A DNA stretch of 64,000 bases from Eledone cirrhosa (lineage: Eukaryota): the NCBI GenBank assembly GCA_964016885.1, contig OZ024743.1, positions 375,596,001 through 375,660,000 of the forward strand, read 5' to 3'. Position numbers and translations under genes: made by a program. The notes under the pieces are model-generated. The model had not been told where the DNA came from, did not search any database, and saw only the letters and a list, made by a program, of their open reading frames with translations. The stretch's first letter is position 1; every line of letters starts with the position of its first letter. This document shows, piece by piece, positions 15,901 through 28,937 of this stretch.

Positions 15901-18900
15901 ATACTGTATACTTGAAATGTTGCATACTGTATACTGGAAATGTTGTATACTGTATACTAGAAATGTTGTATACTGTATACTGGAAATGTTGTATACTGTA
16001 TACTGAAAATGCTGTATACTGTATACTGGAAATGTTGAATACTGTATACTGGAAATGTTGTATACTGTATACTAGAAATGTTGTATACTGTATACTGAAA
16101 ATGCTGTATACTGTATACTGGAAATGTTGTATATTGTATACTGGAAATGTTGTATACCGTTTACTGGAAATGTTGTATATTGTACACTGGAAATGCTGTA
16201 TACTGTATACTAGAAAGGTTGTATACTGTATACTGGAAATGTGGTATACTGGAAATGTTGTATACTGTATACTGGAAATGTTGTATACTGTATACTGGAA
16301 ATGTTGTATACTGTATACTGGAAATGTTGTATACTGTATACTGGAAATGTTGTATACTGTATACTGGAAATGTTGTATACTGTATACTGGAAATGTTGTA
16401 TACTGTATACTGGAAATGTTGTATACTGTATACTGGAAATGTTGTCTACTGTATACTGGAAATGTTGTATACTGTATACTAGAAATGCTGTATACTGTAT
16501 ACTAGAAATGTTGTATACTGTATACTGGAAATGCTGTATACTGTATACTGAAAATGCTGTATACTGTATACTTGAAATGTTGCATACTGTATACTGGAAA
16601 TGTTGTATACTGTATACTAGAAATGTTGTATACTGTATACTGGAAATGTTGTATACTGTATACTGAAAATGCTGTATACTGTATACTGGAAATGTTGAAT
16701 ACTGTATACTGGAAATGTTGTATACTGTATACTAGAAATGTTGTATACTGTATACTGGAAATGTTGTATACTGTATACTGGAAATGTTGTATACTGTACA
16801 CTAGAAATGTTGTATACTGTATACTGGAAATGTTGTATTCTGTATACTGGAAATGTTGTATACTGTATACTGGAAATGCTGTATACTGTATACTAGAAAT
16901 GTTGTATACTGTATACTGGAAATGTTGTATGCTGTATACTAGAAAGGTTGTATACTGTATACTGGAAATGTTGTATACTGTATACTGGAAATGTTGTATA
17001 CTGTATACTGGAAATGCTGTATACTGTATACTGGAAATGTTGTATACTGTATACTGGAAATGTTGCATACTGTATACTGGAAATGCTGTATACTGTATAC
17101 TAGAAATGTTGTATACTGTATACTGGAAATGTTGTATACTGTATACTAGAAATGTCGTATACTGTATACTGGAAATGTTGTATACTGTACACTAGAAATG
17201 TTGTATAATGTATACTGGAAATGTTGTATACTGTATACTGGAAATGTTGTATACTGTATACTGGAAATGCTGTATACTGTATACTAGAAATGTTGTATAC
17301 TGTATACTGGAAATGTTGTATACTGTATACTAGAAATGTTGTATACTGTACACTAGAAATGTTGTATACTGTATACTGGATATGTTGTATACTGTATACT
17401 GGAAATGTTGTATACTGTATACTAGAAATGTTGTATACTGTATACTGGAAATGTTGTATACTGTACACTGGAAATGTTGTATACTGTATACTAGAAATGT
17501 TGTATACTGTATACTGGAAATGTATACTGTATACTGGAAATGTTGTATACTGTATACTAGAAAGGTTGTATACTGTACACTGGAAATGTTGTATACTGTA
17601 TACTAGAAAGGTTGTATACGTATACTGGAAATGTTGTATACTTTATACTGGAAATGTTGTATACTGTATACTGGAAATGTTGTATACTGTTTACTGGAAA
17701 TATTGTATACTGTATACTGGAAATGTTGTATACTGTATACTGGAAATGTTGTATACTGTACACTGGAAATGTTGTATACTGTATACTGGAAGTGTTGTAT
17801 ACTGTACACTGGAAATGCTGTATACTGTATACTAGAAATGCTGTATACTGTATACTAGAAATGTTGTATACTGGATACTGGAAATGTTGTATACTGTGTA
17901 CTGGAAATGTTGTATACTGTATACTAGAAATGCTGTATACTGTATACTATAAATGTTGTATACTGTATACTGGAAATGTTGTATACTGTATACTAGAAAT
18001 GCTGTATACTGTATACTAGAAATGTTGTATACTGTATACTGGAAATGTTGTATACTGTATACTAGAAATGTTGTATACTGTATACTAGAAATGTTGTATA
18101 CTGTACACTGGAAATGTTGTATACTGTATACTAGAAATGCTGTATACTGTATACTAGAAATGTTGTATACTGTATACTGGAAATGTTGTATACTGTATAC
18201 TAGAAATGATGTAAACTTTATACTGGAAATGTTGTATACTGTATACTGGAAATGTTGTATACTGTATAATGGAAATATTGTATACTGTATACTGGAAATG
18301 TTGTATACTGTATACTGGAAATGTTGTATACTGTACACTGGAAATGTTGTATACTGTATACTAGAAATGTTGTATACTGTACACTGGAAATGTTGTATAC
18401 TGTATACTAGAAATGTTGTATACTGTATACTGGAAATGTTGTATACTGTATACTGGAAATGTTGTATACTGTACACTGGAAATGTTGTATACTGTATACT
18501 AGAAATGTTGTATACTGTATACTGGAAATGTTGTATACTGTATAGTTGTATACTGTATACTGGAAATGTTGTAAACTGTATACTAGAAATGCTGTGTACT
18601 GTATACTGGAAATGTTGTATACTGTATACTAGAAATGTTGTATACTGTATACTGGAAATGTTGTATACTGTATACTGGAAATGTTGTATACTGTATACTG
18701 GAAATGTTGTATACTGTATACTGGAAATGTTGTATACTGTATACTGGAAATGTCGTATACTGTATACTGGAAATGTTGTATACTGTATACTGGAAATGTT
18801 GTATACTGTATACTGGAAATGTTGTATACTGTACACTGGAAATGTTGTATACTGTATACTGGAAATGCTGTATACTGTATACTGGAAATGTTGTATACTG

Positions 18901-21900
18901 TACACTAGAAATGTTGTATACTGTACACTGGAAATGCTGTATACTGTATACTAGAAATGTTGTATACTGTACACTGGAAATGTTGTATACTGTATACTAG
19001 AAATGTTGTATACTGTATACTAGAAATGTTGTATACTGTATACTGGAAATGTTGTATACTGCATACTAGAAATGTTTTATACTGTATATTGGAAATGCTG
19101 TATACTGTATACTGGAAATGCTGTATACTGTATACTGGAAATGTTGTATACTGTATACTGGAAATGTTGTATACTGTATACTGGAAATGCTGTATACTGT
19201 ATACTAGAAATGCTGTATACTGTATACTGGAAATGTTGTATACTGTATACTGGAAATGCTGTATACTGTATACTAGAAATGCTGTATACTGTATACTGGA
19301 AATGTTGTATACTGTATACTAGAAATGTTGTATACTGTATACTGGAAATATTGTATACTGTATACTAGAAATGTTGTATACTGTATACTGGAAATGCTGT
19401 ATACTGTATACTGGAAATGTTGTATACTGTATACTAGAAATGTTGTATACTGTATACTAGAAATGTTGTATACTGTATATTGGAAATGCTGTATACTGTA
19501 TACTAGAAATGCTGTATACTGTATACTGGAAATGTTGTATACTGTATACTAGAAATGCTGTATACTGTATACTAGAAATGCTGTATACTGTATACTGGAA
19601 ATGTTGTATACTGTATACTAGAAATGCTGTATACTGTATACTGGAAATGCTGTATACTGTATACTGGAAATGTTGTATACTGTATACTAGAAATGTCGTA
19701 TACTGTATACTGGAAATGTTGTATACTGTATACTGGAAATGTTGTATACTGTATACTAGAAATGCTGTGTACTGTATACTAGAAATGTTGTATACTGTAT
19801 ACTAGAAATGTTGTATAATGTATACTGGAAATGTTGTATACTGTATACTGGAAATGTTGTATACTGTATACTGGAAATGCTGTATACTGTATACTAGAAA
19901 TGTTGTATACTGTATACTGGAAATGTTGTATACTGTATACTAGAAATGTTGTATACTGTACACTAGAAATGTTGTATACTGTATACTGGATATGTTGTAT
20001 ACTGTATACTGGAAATGTTGTATACTGTATACTAGAAATGTTGTATACTGTATACTGGAAATGTTGTATACTGTACACTGGAAATGTTGTATACTGTATA
20101 CTAGAAATGTTGTATACTGTATACTGGAAATGTATACTGTATACTGGAAATGTTGTATACTGTATACTAGAAAGGTTGTATACTGTACACTGGAAATGTT
20201 GTATACTGTATACTAGAAATGTTGTATACTGTATACTGGAAATGTTGTATACTGTATACTAGAAAGGTTGTATACGTATACTGGAAATGTTGTATACTTT
20301 ATACTGGAAATGTTGTATACTGTATACTGGAAATGTTGTATACTGTTTACTGGAAATATTGTATACTGTATACTGGAAATGTTGTATACTGTATACTGGA
20401 AATGTTGTATACTGTACACTGGAAATGTTGTATACTGTATACTGGAAGTGTTGTATACTGTACACTGGAAATGCTGTATACTGTATACTAGAAATGCTGT
20501 ATACTGTATACTAGAAATGTTGTATACTGGATACTGGAAATGTTGTATACTGTATACTAGAAATGCTGTATACTGTATACTATAAATGTTGTATACTGTA
20601 TACTGGAAATGTTGTATACTGTATACTAGAAATGCTGTATACTGTATACTAGAAATGTTGTATACTGTACACTGGAAATGTTGTATACTGTATACTAGAA
20701 ATGCTGTATACTGTATACTAGAAATGTTGTATACTGTATACTGGAAATGTTGTATACTGTATACTAGAAATGATGTAAACTTTATACTGGAAATGTTGTA
20801 TACTGTATACTGGAAATGTTGTATACTGTATAATGGAAATATTGTATACTGTATACTGGAAATGTTGTATACTGTATACTGGAAATGTTGTATACTGTAC
20901 ACTGGAAATGTTGTATACTGTATACTAGAAATGTTGTATACTGTATACTGGAAATGTTGTATACTGTATACTGGAAATGTTGTATACTGTACACTGGAAA
21001 TGTTGTATACTGTATACTAGAAATGTTGTATACTGTATACTGGAAATGTTGTATACTGTATAGTTGTATACTGTATACTGGAAATGTTGTAAACTGTATA
21101 CTAGAAATGCTGTGTACTGTATACTGGAAATGTTGTATACTGTATACTAGAAATGTTGTATACTGTATACTGGAAATGTTGTATACTGTATACTGGAAAT
21201 GTTGTATACTGTATACTGGAAATGTTGTATACTGTATACTGGAAATGTTGTATACTGTATACTGGAAATGTCGTATACTGTATACTGGAAATGTTGTATA
21301 CTGTATACTGGAAATGTTGTATACTGTATACTGGAAATGTTGTATACTGTACACTGGAAATGTTGTATACTGTATACTGGAAATGCTGTATACTGTATAC
21401 TGGAAATGTTGTATACTGTACACTAGAAATGTTGTATACTGTACACTGGAAATGCTGTATACTGTATACTAGAAATGTTGTATACTGTACACTGGAAATG
21501 TTGTATACTGTATACTAGAAATGTTATATACTGTATACTAGAAATGTTGTATACTGTATACTGGAAATGTTGTATACTGCATACTAGAAATGTTTTATAC
21601 TGTATATTGGAAATGCTGTATACTGTATACTGGAAATGCTGTATACTGTATACTGGAAATGTTGTATACTGTATACTGGAAATGTTGTATACTGTATACT
21701 GGAAATGCTGTATACTGTATACTAGAAATGCTGTATACTGTATACTGGAAATGTTGTATACTGTATACTAGAAATGTTGTATACTGTATACTGGAAATAT
21801 TGTATACTGTATACTAGAAATGTTGTATACTGTATACTGGAAATGCTGTATACTGTATACTGGAAATGTTGTATACTGTATACTAGAAATGTTGTATACT

Positions 21901-24194
21901 GTATACTAGAAATGTTGTATACTGTATATTGGAAATGCTGTATACTGTATACTAGAAATGCTGTATACTGTATACTGGAAATGTTGTATACTGTATACTA
22001 GAAATGCTGTATACTGTATACTAGAAATGCTGTATACTGTATACTGGAAATGTTGTATACTGTATACTAGAAATGCTGTATACTGTATACTGGAAATGCT
22101 GTATACTGTATACTGGAAATGCTGTATACTGTATACTAGAAATGCTGTATACTGTATACTGGAAATGTTGTATACTGTATACTGGAAATGCTGTATACTG
22201 TATACTAGAAATGCTGTATACTGTATACTAGAAATGTTGTATACTGTATACTAGAAATGTTGTATACTGTATACTGGAAATGTTGTATACTGTATACTGG
22301 AAATGCTGTATACTGTATACTGGAAATGCTGTATACTGTATACTGGAAATGTTGTATACTGTATACTAGAAATGTTGTATACTGTACACTGGAAATGTTG
22401 TATACTGTATACTGGAAATGCTGTATACTGTATACTAGAAATGTTGTATACTGTACACTGGAAATGTTGTATACTGTATACTGGAAATGTTGTATACTGT
22501 ATACTAGAAATGTTGTATACTGTATACTGGAAATGCTGTATACTGTATACTGGAAATGTTGTATACTGTATACTAGAAATGCTGTATACTGTATACTGGA
22601 AATGCTGTATACTGTACACTAGAAATGCTGTATACTGTATACTAGAAATGCTGTATACTGTATACTGGAAATGCTGTATACTGTATACTGGAAATGCTGT
22701 ATACTGTATACTGGAAATGCTGTATACTGTACACTAGAAATGCTGTATACTGTATACTAGAAATGCTGTATACTGTATACTGGAAATGTTGTATACTGTA
22801 TACTGGAAATGCTGTATACTGTATACTAGAAATGCTGTATACTGTATACTAGAAATGCTGTATACTGTATACTGGAAATGCTGTATACTGTACACTAGAA
22901 ATGCTGTATACTGTATACTGGAAATGCTGTATACTGTATACTAGAAATGCTGTATACTGTATACTAGAAATGCTGTATACTGTATACTGGAAATGCTGTA
23001 TACTGTACACTAGAAATGCTGTATACTGTATACTAGAAATGCTGTATACTGTATACTGGAAATGCTGTATACTGTATACTAGAAATGCTGTATACTGTAT
23101 ACTGGAAATGCTGTATACTGTACACTAGAAATGCTGTATACTGTATACTAGAAATGCTGTATACTGTATACTGGAAATGCTGTATACTGTACACTAGAAA
23201 TGCTGTATACTGTATACTAGAAATGCTGTATACTGTATACTAGAAATGTTGTATACTGTATACTGGAAATGCTGTATACTGTATACTAGAAATGCTGTAT
23301 ACTGTATACTAGAAATGTTGTATACTGTATACTGGAAATGCTGTATACTGTATACTGGAAATGCTGTATACTGTACACTAGAAATGCTGTATACTGTATA
23401 CTAGAAATGCTGTATACTGTATACTGGAAATGCTGTATACTGTATACTAGAAATGCTGTATACTGTATACTAGAAATGCTGTATACTGTATACTAGAAAT
23501 GTTGTATACTGTATACTGGAAATGCTGTATACTGTATACTAGAAATGCTGTATACTGTATACTGGAAATGCTGTATACTGTACACTAGAAATGCTATATA
23601 CTGTATACTAGAAATGCTGTATACTGTATACTGGAAATGCTGTATACTGTACACTAGAAATGCTGTATACTGTATACTAGAAATGCTGTATACTGTATAC
23701 TGGAAATGCTGTATACTGTATACTAGAAATGCTGTATACTGTATACTGGAAATGCTGTATACTGTACACTAGAAATGCTGTATACTGTATACTAGAAATG
23801 CTGTATACTGTATACTGGAAATGCTGTATACTGTATACTGGAAATGTTGTATACTGTATACTAGAAATGTTGTATACTGTATACTGGAAATGCTGTATAC
23901 TGTACACTAGAAATGCTGTATACTGTATACTAGAAATGCTGTATACTGTATACTGGAAATGTTGTATACTGTACACTAGAAATGCTGTATACTGTATACT
24001 GGAAATGTTGTATACTGTACACTAGAAATGCTGTATACTGTATACTGGAAATGCTGTATACTGTACACTAGAAATGCTGTATACTGTATACTAGAAATGC
24101 TGTATACTGTATACTAGAAATGCTGTATACTGTATACTGGAAATGCTGTATACTGTACACTAGAAATGCTGTATACTGTATACTAGAAATGCTG
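3984..24194. repeat. 23-bp satellite array, consensus GAAATG(T/C)TGTATACTGTA(T/C)ACT(G/A), roughly 880 units
   Basis: Continuous head-to-tail units with three common biallelic sites. The 69-bp (3-unit) translation cycle explains the MLYTVYWKCCILYTGNVVYCILE ORFs. Confidence 0.99.
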
Positions 24195-25904
24195 CAATGT
24201 TTCAAAGTTGCCACTATTCGCTATATTTCTCAATTGTTTAGACAGATATGTTGATAACCATTAGTGAATGCGGAATAATCAATCATCTGAGTATTGTGTA
24301 TGTGTCGTGAGAGCAAGCATCTAAACCTAAAAAGGGCTTCTCTGGGGCATATATTTTTGTTTTGTTTTGTGTGCGAGCAGAAGACCAACATACATTCATG
24401 CACACAACTCTCAGACTCTCTGTGTCAACGATGCTATCCAAGAGAAAAGCAATAGTCAATAGAGCTTGGTACCAAGAACGTCGGTAGCGAATAGTAAATG
24501 CGAAACCATCACGTCCGATGCTCTAACAATCCCGCTAATTCAGAGTGTTGGTACTTTATTTATTGAGCTCTGAAAGAATGAAAGACAAAGTTGACTTGGC
24601 GAGATCTGAACTGAGATCATAGCGAGCCGGGGTAAATATTGTGTGACAGTTAAGCCGATGATCTAATGCTTCAACTAATCATCTGCCTTAAACTAATAAC
24701 AGACCATAAAACTCCGCCAATTCAGTCCATTGGACTGATTTATCGACCTCCTAAGAGCATGATTCCAGATAACAGAAAACACCATTTTTTTACTACAATA
24801 TTATTATACGATTCCGGTTTTTATAGTAAATTATTTTAATTTGCAATTTTAGTTTAGGTTTTTGCCTCATGGTCTCAAATGAAGCCAATTGCAAGGATTT
24901 CCTTCGATAAAATATTTGTAAGGCATTATGTAAAACTTTGCTGTGCAAAATTTAGTGAAACGAAATAAGAAAACTTGTTAGCATTATACACACGTTATCG
25001 TGTTGTTTTCGCGATAGGAGTGAACAAATCCGGTTGGTTTAAAATCAAATTAAATCAAAAAATATTTGAATTAAATTAAAATGTATTATTCAGAAATTGA
25101 TAAGTAATTACTATTAAAAATTATTACTATTAAAACAAATTATTTTGTATCAAACTTCGTATAATATTATTCTAAATGAATTGTTTTGTATTAAAATGAA
25201 TTGTTAATATACGTACCTTACTGGGTTTAACTACAATATAATAGTATGGACGCATAACTCCTGATGGAGTCACAGGTACTCCTTACGCCTTAGTGATATG
25301 CGACGTATCTCGAACATTTTAAACGTAGCAGAGTTAGATGTTGTGCGGCCGATAGTCGCACTTCGTGGTGAATTGATGGTCGTTTTCGTTTTTGTTTCAG
25401 CCATTTTTCATTTTTTTCCATTTTTTTTTCTTTTTCTTTCTCTATTTTATGTGTTTATATCTGTATGTTTATCAACAACTTTATATTTGTAATGTTCTTC
25501 TGAAAGAATTGTGAGCAATTTGTGATGTTATTTATGTATTTGCAATGTTATTCATAGAACTGTGAATAAAGTTCCTAAACAGCAACGGGTACATACATAC
25601 ACTGAAAATTCGAATATTTACAGAAAATCATTTTCATATTTATGCCATTTTTTTTCTCTTGGTTTCGGTTTCAGCTATTCCTTTATGCAGGTGTGCCGAA
25701 AACGTGAGCGAAAGGGGCACCTGGTTTTCTGTTTAGTCCTCTTTTCAAGACCGCCTTCTACATCATTCCCGCTATGCCCATCACCACTCATTTGGAAAAA
25801 CCAACTGAAATTATGACTTGGACTCCTGTGCAAGCATTGTTGTGATGCGTTCATCCGTTTTTGCTTTTGTAAGGTATAAATAGAACCATCTATATATTTA
25901 GTAA

Positions 25905-25907
25905 TGT

Positions 25908-25970
<63 letters not shown>
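25905..25970. repeat. (TAG)n microsatellite (tail of the adjacent minus-strand SINE)
   Basis: Pure GTA/TAG run next to SINE tail sequence. Confidence 0.9.
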
Positions 25971-25984
25971 CCGTTGCTTTTGTT

Positions 25985-26483
25985 GTTGTTTCTAACATAG
26001 GCACAATGCTAGAAATTTCGGCAGTGGAGTGGGAGACTCTTAGTCGATTATATCGATTCTAGTACTTAACTGGTACTTTATTTTATCGACCACGGAAGTA
26101 TAAATGATAAAGTTGGCCTCATCCAAGGTTGTATTTAGGCCTTGAGGCGCTGAGCACTTCAGGTCTAAGGGAGCCTCATACACAAAACATTAGAATACAC
26201 AGCAAACCCCCCAATTTTACACATCAAAGTTAGCTTGGCGCAAGTAATTGGAATTGAAAGGTTATACATACAGGTATTAAATTCAAAACTTCTAACCAAC
26301 CTAAAACTAAAAAGCCCAGCTGAGGGCACAAATAAATTGATACGGCCGTCGCTGCACGGGCCCAGGAAAATTGCCGCATTTGCCTCCCATTAAATCCGGC
26401 CCTGACCTCAGCAGGTCAAAACTAGAGCATCTACCATGAGGCATTTTATCTGATGCTCTAACAATTCTGCCAATCCCCCACCC
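25985..26483 (-). mobile_element. SINE split by a hAT-type MITE
   Basis: SINE 3' part at 25985-26123 and 5' part at 26405-26483 (CTGCCAATCCCCCACCC) flank the MITE. Confidence 0.7.
26124..26404. mobile_element. Non-autonomous hAT (Tip100-like) MITE
   Basis: Degenerate TIRs CAAGGTTGTATTTA / TAAATCCGGCCCTG (consensus CAGGGCCGGATTTA) and a degenerate 8-bp TSD GCCTCATC/ACCTCAGC. Confidence 0.65.
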
Positions 26484-26502
26484 TATCTAGCCAAATATTA
26501 AT

Positions 26503-26912
26503 GGTTTCTGATTTAGGCACAATGCCAACGATTTCGGGAGAGGGGATAGTTGATTAAATCGACCCCAGTTCATTACTGGTACTTTATTTTATCGACTCCC
26601 GTAAGGATGAAAGTCAAAACTAACCTCGGCGGGATTTGAAATCTGAACGTAAATGGCCGTAACTCTATGCCGCAAAGTATGTTGTCCGATGCTCTACCAC
26701 ACTTATATAGCCAAATAATAATTGTTTCTACTTTTGGCACAAGGCCAGCAATTTTCCCAATGTATTACGGGTACTTTATTTTATCGACCCCGTAAGGATG
26801 AAAGGCTAAGTTAACATCGGAGGGATTTGAACTCAGAACGTAAAGGGCTATAACTCTATGCTGTAAAGCATGGTGTCTGACGCTCTACCGATACTGCCAA
26901 TTCACCACCCTG
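26503..26912 (-). mobile_element. Two tandem tRNA-derived SINE copies (26503-26700, 26722-26912)
   Basis: Reverse complement of the SINE core (GGTACTTTATTTTATCGAC...GGGATTTGAA) present twice. Confidence 0.85.
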
Positions 26913-27940
26913 ATATAATTGTATGCACATATCTAAACTTTAACGGGTAAAATGTTTAATTCTAATCTTAAATTTACTCTCTGGTGGACTGTACCTGAAA
27001 TTCTAAGGTCTGGCCTTGTTAGACTTTGTCATGCTAAATATTCCTGAGAATTGTATTAAGGGTACATGTGTCTGTAGAATACTCAGTCACTTGCATGTTA
27101 ATTTCTCCAACAGGCTGCGGCGCCCCTTTGGACCTTCGCAACGCCCCTTGGAGGGCGATAGCGCCCACTTTGAGAACCTCTGCGTTAAACGAACAATTAG
27201 AACAGTCATCGTCGAAACCGGTGGAGGTCCATTCCTTCCTACCTATTGACTAATCGTTGATATCTTTTTGCTTTATTAGCCCCGTCAAAGGTATTATCTT
27301 CAACAATTAATCAACATCCCGAGACTGATGCAGCCAGTTGTTATGGTGCCACTCTAGGCGTTTAACTGATATTTCAGTGGGCCTTAGAAATATTTGGCAG
27401 TACCCATCTCCTCTCCGTAAAATGAGTTTCTTTTCCACTTCCATCTAATCTTATACGAGATTTGTATTCCCATACGTATTGCTAGCGGCATTTTCTAACA
27501 TCTCTATTTGAAATCGCTAGCTAGCTGTCAATCAAACTAAATTCCAGCGTTAGATTATAAATCCTAGGCTGTATATATCTTAATTGACTAAGATAGTAGT
27601 CATTTTGAATTCGCTATTATATAATATTTAGACAGCTCCTTAGAAATGTGTTGTTTTTGTTGTTATTTTTATTTTAGGGGGTGTTTTTATGTTACCGTAG
27701 TGTTGTTTCTTAGCTCCGAGTGTAAAGTTTGTTATTTTAATACATGTTCATTCCTGTCTTTCATGCTACATGAGTGTCTTTTGAAACAGCAGATGCATTG
27801 TAAGATATGACTTAAGTAATAAATTGATGTAGACTCTACACACACATACATCATACATATACATACATATATATAGTGTAGGTAGTACGGTGAAATACTG
27901 GTGTTGGTACCAAAGCAAGCACTCTATGCACAGGCAGGGT

Positions 27941-28197
27941 GTATATAATAGAAAAAACCGAGGAAGTTTCGTTTACGTATGAAAAATATTTATTGCGTAT
28001 CGACCTCTTACGCGCCAAAAAATATATCTTTTGTCGCATCACCAGTCTGAGGAGCAGATCGATAATGGAGTCGGGTCCATAACTCCTATGGGTCACCTTG
28101 AGCCAATCCTCTGCGAAACGCGCGTAACAGGTCGATACGCAATAAATATTTTTAATATGTAAACGAAACTTGCTCGTTTTTTCTATATTATATATAC
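27941..28197 (+). mobile_element. Fold-back Penelope pLTR remnant (arms ~27941-28015 and 28120-28197)
   Basis: ~75-bp imperfect inverted arms. The left arm stops at the GCGC loop of the hammerhead. AATAAA at 28141 and an AT-rich tail follow. Confidence 0.7.
28041..28132 (+). ncRNA. Minimal type-I hammerhead ribozyme
   Basis: Stem I ACCAGT/ACAGGT (1 mismatch); CTGAGGA; stem II GCAGA/TCTGC; GAAA; C-GCGC-G palindromic stem III; TA cleavage site. Confidence 0.85.
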
Positions 28198-28423
28198 ATA
28201 TAAATATGTATATCGTTTCTGAGTTTGTTTAGCAAGATTCTTTATCTGAAAACGTGTGTTGAAACCGATATTGTTATGCTTTGGGGGGGTCATGTTGCCA
28301 ATGAGAAACACACGCACCAGTTGCTTTCACTCCAATTTATTATAAGTTAAATTTATAAATTTAAGAATTTATAAATTTCCAGTTGGTTGGTTGGTTCCAC
28401 AACCGGACGGTTGTTCATATATT

Positions 28424-28465
28424 GTCAAAGTTCTTTCGTCACACATTCTGTGACCTCTTCAGTGA
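28424..28465 (-). ncRNA. Minimal type-I hammerhead ribozyme (left arm)
   Basis: Minus strand TCA-CTGAAGA-GGTCACA-GAATG-TGTGAC-GAAA-GAAC-TT-TGAC. Confidence 0.65.
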
Positions 28466-28644
28466 AGTGACTGGGGATTCTTTTCTTTGTTTTGTGCCTC
28501 TCCTTTGTTCTGTCCTACGCCATCTTGTTTTTGTGTGTGCTGTGTGCTTAGTTTGCGCATGTGTTACATCCGGGTGTCTGTGTGTGTTTTTATTTTTATT
28601 TGTTTTTATAGAAAAGAATTGTTATTTTAAGAAAAGAATCCCCA

Positions 28645-28687
28645 GTCACTGAAGAAGTCACAGAATGTGTGACGAAAGATCTTGGAC
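28645..28687 (+). ncRNA. Minimal type-I hammerhead ribozyme (right arm)
   Basis: GTCA-CTGAAGA-AGTCACA-GAATG-TGTGAC-GAAA-GATC-TT-GGAC, with a palindromic GATC loop. Confidence 0.7.
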
Positions 28688-28878
28688 AATATATGAACAA
28701 CCGTCCGGTTATGGAACCAACCAACCAACCGGAAATTTATAATAAATTGGAGTGAAAGCAACTGGTGCGTGTGTTTCTTATTGGCAACATGACCCTCCCA
28801 AAGCATAACAATAAATATATATATATATATATATAATAATATTAAATAAATGGAAACTATATTTATAAAACCATATTT

Positions 28879-28937
28879 ATTCTATTATATATATTTCAAG
28901 GGTACCAAAACTTTGGTACGCTTTCATCAGATAAAAT
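28879..28937 (-). ncRNA. Minimal type-I hammerhead ribozyme
   Basis: Minus strand ATTTTAT-CTGATGA-AAGCGTACCAAA-GT-TTTGGTACCCTT-GAAA-TATATA-TA-ATAGAAT, then AATAAA and (AT)n. Same family as the 48193 and 52145 motifs. Confidence 0.85.

Larger units (their letters stand above)
28269..28813. mobile_element. Fold-back element with ~190-220-bp inverted arms (28269-28487, 28629-28813), each carrying a hammerhead
   Basis: Arms are reverse complements (TATTGTTATGCTTTGGG...GGATTCTTTTCTT / AAGAAAAGAATCCCC...CAAAGCATAACAATA). The right arm abuts (AT)n. Confidence 0.85.

Noticed and set aside
4041-24025. Dozens of Cys/Tyr-rich ORFs (MLYTVYWKCCILYTGNVVYCILE repeats)
   Set aside because: Artefact of translating a 23-bp satellite. 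ORFs occur in all frames and both strands and end wherever a stop-creating (TAG/TGA) variant unit falls in frame.
3984-24194. CRISPR-like array
   Set aside because: Units are contiguous with no unique spacers, there are no cas genes, and the context is eukaryotic.
25258-25285. CTGATGGAGT...ACTCC hairpin
   Set aside because: No GAAA or stem III, so not a hammerhead.
27105-27182. hAT-like terminus (TTTGAGAACCTCTG)
   Set aside because: No matching opposite TIR or TSD found, so no element boundaries can be given.
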